Source: an uncultured Candidatus Rokubacteria bacterium (GTDB lineage Bacteria > Methylomirabilota > Methylomirabilia > Rokubacteriales > CSP1-6). Taken from it: DNA of 64,000 nt. Of the stretch, positions 19,168 to 26,462 are shown piece by piece. The stretch covers positions 102,477 through 166,476 of the forward strand of contig CAVYTA010000004.1 of the NCBI GenBank assembly GCA_963771355.1, read 5' to 3'. Numbering within the stretch: the stretch's first letter is position 1; each line of letters begins with the position of its first letter. The notes beneath the pieces were generated by a model. The model saw only the letters and a program-made list of their open reading frames with translations. It ran no database searches and had not been told where the DNA came from. A program made the translations under genes and the position numbers.

Positions 19168-19551
19168 ATGATGGTGACCCGGCGCTCGCTCTTGACGCTT
19201 CTCCTGGCTCCGCTCGGGCTAGGGCCCCTGGCCGGGCTGGCGGAGGCCCAGAGCATCACTCCGAGCAACGCCTCCAACTACTTCCGCGTCGAGTCTCAGA
19301 GCGGCCCCGGCCGGGACGGGCAGCCCACCGTGTGGGGCTACATCCACAACGAGCGAGGCCTGGGCAATGCGCGCGTGCGAATCCTGGTGGAGACGCTCGA
19401 CGCGTCTGGCAAGTCCATCGCCCAGGAAATCGACTACGTAGACAACGAGGTTACCCTCTTCGGCCGCCGCTACTTCGAGGTGCGCCCGAAGACGCCGGGC
19501 GCGAGCTATCGGGTCACCGTCCACTCGGGCGACTGGACCCGTAGCACCTAG
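19168..19551 (+). CDS. Small exported protein, paralog 1 of 3 (unknown family)
   Basis: Start trimmed to ATG 19168 (GAGGAAGG upstream). RR-containing signal peptide MMVTRRSLLTLLLAPLGLGPLAGLAEA/QS. The core aligns with the next two genes. Confidence 0.6.
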   Translation: MMVTRRSLLTLLLAPLGLGPLAGLAEAQSITPSNASNYFRVESQSGPGRDGQPTVWGYIHNERGLGNARVRILVETLDASGKSIAQEIDYVDNEVTLFGRRYFEVRPKTPGASYRVTVHSGDWTRST

Positions 19552-19567
19552 TCCCGAGTCGGATCGC

Positions 19568-19960
19568 ATGAGCCCCGTCACCCGCCGAACCATCCTGGGC
19601 TTGTTCCCGATCGCGCTCCTCGCGGGCTGGGCCAGCCCCGCTCACGCCCAGAGTGTCACTGCCGAGACCGCCCCGAAGTTCTTCCGTGTCGAATCCCAGC
19701 CCGGCATGGACGGTAAGGGTCGCCCCATCGTCTGGGGCTATGTCTATCTCCACTCGAAGGGCCAGGGTAGCGCCCGCGTTCGCCTCCTGCTCGAGACCCT
19801 CGATGCCGCGGGCATGCCCATCGCCCGGGAGATCGTCTACGTGGACAGCGAGGTGCCTCTCTACAACCGCGCCTACTTCGAGGTGCGGCCCGGCACGGTC
19901 GGCCCGGCCTACCGCGTGACCGTGTACTCCGCCGACTGGGGCAAGATGGGAGGTCTCTAG
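19568..19960 (+). CDS. Small exported protein, paralog 2 of 3 (unknown family)
   Basis: Signal peptide MSPVTRRTILGLFPIALLAGWASPAHA/QS. Core FFRVESQPG..GRPIVWGYVY...ARVRLLLETLDAAGMPIAREIVYVD...YFEVRPGTVGPAYRVTV. Confidence 0.6.
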   Translation: MSPVTRRTILGLFPIALLAGWASPAHAQSVTAETAPKFFRVESQPGMDGKGRPIVWGYVYLHSKGQGSARVRLLLETLDAAGMPIAREIVYVDSEVPLYNRAYFEVRPGTVGPAYRVTVYSADWGKMGGL

Positions 19961-19963
19961 GCG

Positions 19964-20338
19964 ATGACGCGCCGAGCACTTCTGGGGGCCCTGGCCGCGC
20001 TGCTCGCCGCCGGCTGCGCTCCCGTCGAGCCGCCGACCCAGACCGGCCCGACCACCGTCACCGCCGATCGGTACTTTCGCGTGGACGCGACGCCGGGCAC
20101 GGATCGGAAGGGGCGGCCCATTGTCTGGGGGTATGTCCATGGCGGGGGCCGCGGCCGCCCCCGTCTGCTCATGGAGACTCTCGACGCCGCGGGCAAGCCG
20201 ATCGCACAGCAGGTCGTCTTCGTGGACCAGGACTTCGCTGGCGGCCGCGTCTACTACGAGGCGCGCCCCCAGACGCCGGGCGCTGCCTACCGCGTGACGG
20301 TGCAGGACGTCATTTCGAATTTCAACGGCGCGCCGTAG
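19964..20338 (+). CDS. Small lipoprotein, paralog 3 of 3 (unknown family)
   Basis: Lipobox signal MTRRALLGALAALLAAGC. Core YFRVDATPG..GRPIVWGYVH...RLLMETLDAAGKPIAQQVVFVD...YYEARPQTPGAAYRVTV. Only 3 nt separate it from paralog 2. Confidence 0.6.
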   Translation: MTRRALLGALAALLAAGCAPVEPPTQTGPTTVTADRYFRVDATPGTDRKGRPIVWGYVHGGGRGRPRLLMETLDAAGKPIAQQVVFVDQDFAGGRVYYEARPQTPGAAYRVTVQDVISNFNGAP

Positions 20339-20490
20339 CTATCCGCCTCATCGCTCGCACAGGGCCTCGTGGGCCCACCTCGCTCGGCAAAACGCTGCCT
20401 CACGGGCCTGAGACCCTCGCCCCTTGCGGCGCGTTGCGACCACGCGCGTTGCGTGAAAGAATGCCGGCCACAGACCCTGCGGAGGGATCC

Positions 20491-21828
20491 ATGGCGGCCA
20501 CACCGGCGACGAGGTATGCGAAGAGCGGCGACGTCCACATCGCGTATCAGGTGGTGGGCGACGGTGCGAACGACCTCGTGCTCGTGCCGGGCTGGGTCTC
20601 GCATGTCGAGTACGCCTGGGAAGACCCGTCCTTCTCGGACTTCCTGAAGCGGCTCGCGTCCTTTTCTCGTCTCATCCTCCTGGACCGTCGGGGCACCGGG
20701 CTGTCGGACCGCGTCGCCGAACTTCCCACGCTCGAGGAGCGGATGGACGACGTTCGCGCGGTGATGGACGCGGCCGGCTCGGAGCGGGCAGCCGTGTTCG
20801 GGGTCTCCGAGGGCGGCCCGATGTGCATGACCTTCGCGGCGACCTATCCCGAGCGCACCTCGGCGCTCGTCCTGTACGGCACCTTCGCGAAGCTGGCGCG
20901 CGCGCCGGACTATCCCATCGGCGCCCCGGAGTCCGCGACCGTAAAATTACTCGAGCGCGTCGAAGCCGCCTGGGGCACGGGCGCGATCAGCGCAGAGCTC
21001 TTCGCGCCCAGCCGGGCCTCGGACGAGCGCTTTCGCCAATCGTGGGCGCGGTTCGAGCGCTATGCGGTGAGCCCCTCGGGAGCCCGCGCCTTGATCCGCA
21101 TGGCCGCCGACACTGACGCGCGCGGTGTCCTCTCGGCCATTCATGTCCCGACGCTCGTCATTCATCGGCAGGGCGATCTCATGAACCGTCTTTCGGGCGC
21201 TCGATACTTGGCCGAGCGCATTCGCGGCGCGAAGGTCGTCGAGCTGCCGGGCGCAGATCATTTTCCATGGGTGGGCGACACGGAGGCCATTCTGGGCGAG
21301 GTCGAGGAATTCCTCACTGGCGTGCGTCACGGGTTCGAGCCCGACCGCGTCCTGGCGACCGTGATGTTCACGGACATCGTGCGCGCCACGGAAACCGCCG
21401 CGGGGCTTGGCGACGCGCGGTGGCGCGGCCTCCTGGAAGGCCACCACGCGCTGGTGCGCGACCAGCTCGCGCGATTCCGCGGACGCGAGATCGACACCGC
21501 CGGCGATGGATTCCTCGCCTCGTTCGACGGGCCGGCGCGCGCCGTGCGCTGCGCCACCGCCGTCTCGCGCGAGGTGCGCCGGCTCGGCCTGGAGGTCCGC
21601 GCCGGCCTCCACACCGGCGAGTGCGAGGTGATGGGCGAGAAGCTCGGCGGGATCGCCGTGCACACAGGCGCGCGCGTCGCGTCGCTCGCGGCCGCGGGCG
21701 AAGTGCTCGTCTCCGGCACCGTGAAGGATCTGGTCGCCGGCTCCGGGATCACATTCGTTGAGCGCGGCACCCACACGCTGAAAGGGATTCCCGGGACGTG
21801 GCCCCTGTACGCGGTCGCGTCCGCGTAA
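20491..21828 (+). CDS. Alpha/beta-hydrolase fold domain fused to class III adenylate/guanylate cyclase domain
   Basis: The N-terminal half has hydrolase features (LLDRRGTGLSD, GVSEGG nucleophile elbow). The C-terminal half has VLATVMFTDIVRATE...DTAGDGFLASFDG...RAGLHTGECE...GIAVHTGARV, typical of class III cyclases. The architecture is known from mycobacterial LipJ-type proteins. Start ATG 20491 follows GGAGGG. Confidence 0.8.
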   Translation: MAATPATRYAKSGDVHIAYQVVGDGANDLVLVPGWVSHVEYAWEDPSFSDFLKRLASFSRLILLDRRGTGLSDRVAELPTLEERMDDVRAVMDAAGSERAAVFGVSEGGPMCMTFAATYPERTSALVLYGTFAKLARAPDYPIGAPESATVKLLERVEAAWGTGAISAELFAPSRASDERFRQSWARFERYAVSPSGARALIRMAADTDARGVLSAIHVPTLVIHRQGDLMNRLSGARYLAERIRGAKVVELPGADHFPWVGDTEAILGEVEEFLTGVRHGFEPDRVLATVMFTDIVRATETAAGLGDARWRGLLEGHHALVRDQLARFRGREIDTAGDGFLASFDGPARAVRCATAVSREVRRLGLEVRAGLHTGECEVMGEKLGGIAVHTGARVASLAAAGEVLVSGTVKDLVAGSGITFVERGTHTLKGIPGTWPLYAVASA

Positions 21829-21877
21829 CCTGCCGCTGAGCGGCCCCGCGCAACCAGCGGGCCACTGAACGCACGCG

Positions 21878-21905
21878 CGGGGTCACGGATCGCTCCGTAA
21901 CCCCG
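21878..21905. terminator. GC-rich hairpin between the convergent cyclase gene and tRNA-Ala
   Basis: CGGGGTCACGGA-TCGC-TCCGTAACCCCG forms a 12-bp stem with one mismatch. There is no U-tract, so this is at best a non-canonical terminator. Confidence 0.35.
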
Positions 21906-21915
21906 CGTGAAGAAT

Positions 21916-21991
21916 TGGTGGAGCTGAGGGGGCTCGAACCCCTGACCCCAAGACTGCCAGCCTTGTGCTCTCCCAACTGAGCTACAGCCCC
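21916..21991 (-). tRNA. tRNA-Ala (anticodon GGC)
   Basis: The reverse complement GGGGCTGTAGCTCAGTTGGGAGAGCACAAGGCTGGCAGTCTTGGGGTCAGGGGTTCGAGCCCCCTCAGCTCCACCA folds as a cloverleaf. It has the G3:U70 Ala identity pair, anticodon loop CTGGCAG, and an encoded CCA. Confidence 0.9.
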
Positions 21992-22088
21992 ACGTGCCGC
22001 CCAGAATACTTTTCGCGGTCCGTTCTGTCAAGAATGGCCGCTATTTGCGCGCGCCCGGGGAACGAGGCTGCGCGAGAACCGTGTGATC

Positions 22089-22174
22089 TGGTGCCGGAGG
22101 CGGGATTTGAACCCGCACGCCCTTGCGGGCACGGCGTTTTGAGCGCCGCGAGTCTGCCGTTTCTCCACTCCGGC
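22089..22174 (-). tRNA. tRNA-Leu (anticodon CAA)
   Basis: The reverse complement GCCGGAGTGGAGAAACGGCAGACTCGCGGCGCTCAAAACGCCGTGCCCGCAAGGGCGTGCGGGTTCAAATCCCGCCTCCGGCACCA has anticodon loop CTCAAAA, a long variable arm, a TTCAAAT T-loop and an encoded CCA. Confidence 0.9.
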
Positions 22175-22395
22175 CCCGAGGCGTCATACTACCATCGGGG
22201 CCCCGGGCCCTGGCCCCGTGGCGGTCGCAAGGGGCTCAGGTAGGAGGCGTGGTGCACAGACTTTGTAGCTCTCTCCGAACTTTGTCGTCAGTCCTGGTAC
22301 TCCACGTCACCCTGATGACAGGCTTGGCGGCTCCCTCTGGCGTTGGACTGTTCGGCTTATACGTGATATCGAGCACTTGGCCGCTCCAGGAGATA

Positions 22396-22412
22396 TGGCA
22401 ATAATCCTGCTT
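22396..22412 (+). promoter_or_regulatory. Sigma54-type -24/-12 promoter candidate upstream of the pilin-like operon
   Basis: TGGCAATAATCCTGCTT compared with the consensus TGGCACG-N4-TTGCW. GG and GC are in exact register and 9 of 12 conserved positions match. It lies in a roughly 50% GC island, 54-87 nt upstream of the first pilin-like start codons. Confidence 0.35.
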
Positions 22413-22465
22413 ACCGATGGAGTTAATCTATCACCGCGCACAACACTTCAGGGGGCTCAAGGGCA

Positions 22466-22993
22466 ATGGATGATGTGAAGAGCGTGAAGAAGGTCACCAT
22501 GCACCCGTTCGTGGACCAGAGGGGCATGACCGTCCCCGAGATCCTCGCGGCGGTGGTCGTGATCATGGTGGCGCTCGTCGCATTGGCGTCCGCCATCCCG
22601 ATCTCCGCCTATGGCATCCAGGAGGGGAGCCAGCTGACGACGGCGACCTTCCTCGCCAACCAGCGCCTGGAGCAGGTCAAGCTGAAGCAATGGACGGTGA
22701 AGCCGGACGTGGACCTTATCGGCGTCTCCGCGTCGGCCACCGCCGCGCCGCAGCAGGCCGGAGTGACGACGACCTTTCCGGACGAGAACCCGGTGGCCGC
22801 CCCGTATACCCAGTTCACGCGGACGGTGCGGATCACCGATTGCGGGACCGGTGCCGGTTGCGGCGGCGTGGTGCACGCCGGTCTCAAGCAGGTCACGGTG
22901 ACGGTGAGCTACCAACCGCTGACCGGTCAGGGACAGGCCGCGGCCGGCACCACGAAATCGGCCATCGTGTCCCTGGTGGTGGCGCGCCGATGA
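22466..22993 (+). CDS. Prepilin-type N-terminal cleavage/methylation domain protein (PilV/GspI-like minor pilin)
   Basis: Class III signal ...DQRG/MTVPEILAAVVVIMVALVAL (G-1, E+5, hydrophobic helix). An alternative start at ATG 22499 would give a 9-aa leader. Confidence 0.7.
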   Translation: MDDVKSVKKVTMHPFVDQRGMTVPEILAAVVVIMVALVALASAIPISAYGIQEGSQLTTATFLANQRLEQVKLKQWTVKPDVDLIGVSASATAAPQQAGVTTTFPDENPVAAPYTQFTRTVRITDCGTGAGCGGVVHAGLKQVTVTVSYQPLTGQGQAAAGTTKSAIVSLVVARR

Positions 22994-23535
22994 GTGCCCT
23001 GGCGCGGACGGTGCGAGACCAGCGCGGCTTCACTCTCGCGGAGCTCATGGTCGTGATGGCGCTCACCGGTCTGGTCCTCGCCGGGGTCTTCGCGATCCAA
23101 CAGGAAGGCACCAACAGCTATCTCATGGGCGCCGGCCGCGTCGAGACTCAGCAGAACGCCCGCGTGGCGCTCGAACAGATGGTCCGGGAGCTCCGGTCGG
23201 CGGAGTCCATCACCGCGATCGGCAGCGCGACGGACGTCACCTTTGTGGATGTCACCGGCACCACGGTGCGCTACCAGCTGAGCGGCACTACCCTGAACCG
23301 GACGGCAGCGGGTGTCGGCGGTGTCCTCATCGGAGGCGTGCAGTCCCTCTCGTTGACCTACTACGCCGCCGGCTTCGATCCCGCCACCAACACCGGGCCG
23401 ACCACCACCGTCCCCGGGAACCTGAAGGCTGTCCGCATCCAGCTCACTACCCGTCCGGAGCGGCCCGCCGGCGCCGGCACACCTGGCGACCAGCGGGCGA
23501 CGGTGGAATCCACCGTGATGCTCCGGAACAGTTGA
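22990..23535 (+). CDS. Prepilin-type N-terminal cleavage/methylation domain protein (PilW/GspJ-like minor pilin)
   Basis: ...DQRG/FTLAELMVVMALTGLVLAGVF. The ATG overlaps the upstream stop (ATGA). 181 aa. Confidence 0.7.
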   Translation: MSALARTVRDQRGFTLAELMVVMALTGLVLAGVFAIQQEGTNSYLMGAGRVETQQNARVALEQMVRELRSAESITAIGSATDVTFVDVTGTTVRYQLSGTTLNRTAAGVGGVLIGGVQSLSLTYYAAGFDPATNTGPTTTVPGNLKAVRIQLTTRPERPAGAGTPGDQRATVESTVMLRNS

Positions 23536-23548
23536 CGGAGGATCCCTC

Positions 23549-24743
23549 ATGCATAGTCGCAAGCTCACTCAGATACTCACCGACGAGCGGGGGGCCGCCC
23601 TTCCACTCGCGCTGATCGCGATGGTCATGCTCACCACGCTCATCGTCGCCTTCTCGGTTCTGGCCACGACGGAGCCTCTGATCGCCAATAACCAGCTCAC
23701 GGTGGCCCAGGCCCGGGCCGTCGCCGAGTCGGGGGTGGAGCGCGCCATCTGGGCGCTCAACAACGACACGCAATGCGAGCGGCCTGCCCAATCCCCTCCC
23801 CGGCACTGTTCCCGCCCCATACGACGGCAGCGCCTCCGTCAACGTGAGCCTGGGCGGCAACACCCTCGGGGTCTACCGGGTCACGGTGACCCCCGCCGCG
23901 GCCGCCAACGAGCGGAATATCGTCTCGCTCGGCTTTCTCCCCTCCGAGGCGAGCCCGAAGTCCAAGCAGCGCATCCAGGTCACCGTGGTCAAGCTCAAGT
24001 TCCTCGATCCGCCGGCGGCGCTGTCCGTCCGGGGTGAGCTCCAGGTGGGCGGTAACACGCACATCAGCGCCCACGACGACACGAGCTGTGGCTCCAAGCC
24101 GGGAACCTACACCACGGGGACGACCGATATACAGGGCGGCTCCGCCAATGTGTTCGGCGCCGACGGCAACACCGCGCAGAACCAGACCGGCGATGTCGCG
24201 CAAGGCCAGCCGACGGCCGCCTTCGACCAGTATCTCCTGAGCGACAGCGATATGGCCATGCTCAAGGCTTACGCGAAGTCGCAGGGCACCTACTACCAGG
24301 GCACGGTGGAGTTCAGCGCGAGCAATCGGATGCCCAACGGCGTGATCTTCGTGGACTCCACGAGCGGCAACGCCGTCACCGATACGAGCGACCCGTCGGA
24401 CATGGCGAACGTCACCATCCACGGGAACGCGCCCTCCTCCGCGGATGGCATCTTCCACGGCTGGCTCATCATCAATGGCTCGCTGGCCATCAGCGGAAAC
24501 TTCCAGATGTGGGGGTACGGGTACGTCCAGAACGACTTGACCTATACCGGCACGGGCACCGGCCAGATCGTCGGCGCGATGCTGAGCCGGAACGTTCGGG
24601 ACACCTCGTCCACGACGATCGACACCAACACCGGCGGTAATGCCAGCATCGTCTACGACTGCGCCAAGGCGCGGGAGGGCGGCGGGTTCGTGCCGGTCAC
24701 CTTCTCCGTGAAGGCGGGGACGTACAAGGAGCTCTCCGACTGA
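23549..24743 (+). pseudogene. PilX-like pilus assembly protein, reading frame broken by a 1-nt shift near 23766-23775 (or a sequencing error)
   Basis: The first frame gives a PilX N-terminal type segment DERGAALPLALIAMVMLTTLIVAFSVLA...ERAIWALNNDT and then turns Arg/Pro-rich. A second frame continues sensibly with NASGLPNPLPGTVPAPYDGSASVNVSLGGNTLGVYRVTV... to the stop at 24743. Confidence 0.6.
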
Positions 24744-24784
24744 AGTACCGCAGCGCCCTCCTCGCGGTTCTGGCGCTGGCCCTC

Positions 24785-25441
24785 GTGGTCGGCGCGTGCC
24801 GCAATCCTCCACCGCCCGCCACGGCGGTGGAGGACCCCGAGACGCTGGCCGCCGCCGCCCTCGGCCGGGGCGACTATGCGCAGGCCGCCATCCTGTATCG
24901 CAAGGCCATCGAGCGGCGGCCCGACAGCGTCTCCGCCCACTATGGGCTCGGCGTCGCCAGCTCGAATCTCAACCTGCGGGACGACACCATCCGCGAGTTC
25001 CAATGGGTCCTCGCCCATGGGGTGCCGGACTCGGCAGAGGTCGACGCGGCCCGCCGCTGGCTGATCGCGGCGGGCGTCCTTCGACCGTCGGTGGCCGCCG
25101 TCACTCCGGTCGAGGCCGACCGGGGCGGGAACGGGGTCATCGAGGGCCAGGCCTATCTCGGCAGCGCGGACCAGCGGCAGCCACAGGTTCGGATGCAGCT
25201 CCACCTCGTCGGCCAACCCGACAGCCCGACGAAGGAGGAGCGTCACGTCCTCCGAACCGGCAACGACGGCTCCTTCCGATTCGGTAACGTGATGCCGGGC
25301 TTCTACATGCTCACCGACCGCGTGGCGGGCAAGCCTCAGTGGCGGCTCAAGATCGAGGTGAACACGGGAGCCACGCTCCGCCTCGATCTGAATCCGGGCA
25401 ATAGCACCTCGGCGCGCGACGACTTCCCGAATCGCGGCTAG
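24785..25441 (+). CDS. Probable lipoprotein with TPR-like segment and carboxypeptidase-regulatory-like beta-sandwich
   Basis: GDYAQAAILYRKAIERRPDSVSAHYGLGVA (TPR) and GVIEGQAY...DGSFRFGNVMPGFYML (CarboxypepD_reg-like). The frame is open upstream and encodes LKYRSALLAVLALALVVGAC (lipobox), so the real start is probably near 24740. See findings. Confidence 0.55.
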   Translation: MVGACRNPPPPATAVEDPETLAAAALGRGDYAQAAILYRKAIERRPDSVSAHYGLGVASSNLNLRDDTIREFQWVLAHGVPDSAEVDAARRWLIAAGVLRPSVAAVTPVEADRGGNGVIEGQAYLGSADQRQPQVRMQLHLVGQPDSPTKEERHVLRTGNDGSFRFGNVMPGFYMLTDRVAGKPQWRLKIEVNTGATLRLDLNPGNSTSARDDFPNRG

Positions 25442-25474
25442 CTCCCCGCGCTCCCACCCTCGCGCCGGGTCCCC

Positions 25475-26300
25475 TCAGGTGGGCTCGATCGGCATCCGCG
25501 CGATCCCGAGCCAGGCAATGGGCACCCCCGCCTTCTCGGCGGCCTGCGCGCCCGGCAGCGCGCGGGTCCCAGTCGGCGGCCACGAAGCGCCGGGCGTTGA
25601 CGCCGGCGGCGGCGTCGGACACCAGCCAGAGCAGCGGCGGCACCATGATCTCGGGCTGGAGCATCTTGCCGCGGTCGCCGGCGTCGTCACCGACGAGCGG
25701 AGTGTTGGTCACGCCACCGGGAACCAGCACGTTCGCGGTGACGCCGGTGCCCGCCAGATCCGCCGCCATGATGGCGGTCGCGGACTCGGCGGCGGCCTTG
25801 CTCGCGCCGTAAAGCAGATAGCCCGCGCGGACCATGGTGCCGAGGCTGGTGGTCACGGTGATGATGCGCCCCTGCCGGGCGCGCAGCATATGGGGCACCA
25901 CCGCCCGGGCCATCATGATCGGCCCGGTGGCATTCACGGCGAGGAAGCGGCTCCACTGATCCGGGCTGGCCTCCCAGAACCGAATCGGGTTGCGCCGCTG
26001 ATCGGCGCGCACCGACGCTTGTCCGATGCCGGCATTGTTGACGAGCACGTCGATGCGCCCGAATCGCTCCAGCGCGGCGGCCACGATCCGATCGAACGCG
26101 TCAGGCTGGGCGAGGTCGGCCGGCACGGTCAGGATGGAGCCCGGCGTGCCGATCTTGGGGGGTGCCAGCGCCGCCAGCGCGGTCGCATTGCGATCGACGG
26201 CCACGACATCCATGCCGCTCCCGGCGAGGCCGAGCGCCATGGCCCGGCCGAGGCCGCTCGCCGCGCCGGTCACGATCGCGGCCTTCCGCTCGATCACCAT
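25475..26300 (-). pseudogene. SDR family oxidoreductase with a 1-nt frameshift near its 3' end (about 25570), or a sequencing error
   Basis: Starts at MVIERKAAIVTGAASGLG (ATG 26300 after AGGAGG), with catalytic YGASK. After ...RFVAADWDP the track ORF becomes Arg/Gly-rich. A shifted frame gives ALPGAQAAEKAGVPIAWLGIARMPIEPT and a stop at 25475. The length 826 nt is not divisible by 3. Confidence 0.6.
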
Positions 26301-26462
26301 CGAGGTTGTCCTCCTTGTCTCCTGCTCCGGGTGACTATTCCAGAAGTCGAGGCCTCGCGCCAGAACCTCCTCATCCTCTGTTAGACTCCCGCCAGCCTGT
26401 GAGTTGGGCTCAGGGATGGACCTGACCGAGGGCCAATGAGGTGACCCGGTGACCGCGAGCCC

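Noticed and set aside
21916-22465. Possibility that the tRNA-Ala/tRNA-Leu pair marks the border of an integrated island containing the pilin-like operon
   Set aside because: I found no integrase, excisionase or transposase. I also saw no direct repeat of either tRNA 3' end within the window. Only the promoter region, not the operon, deviates in GC.
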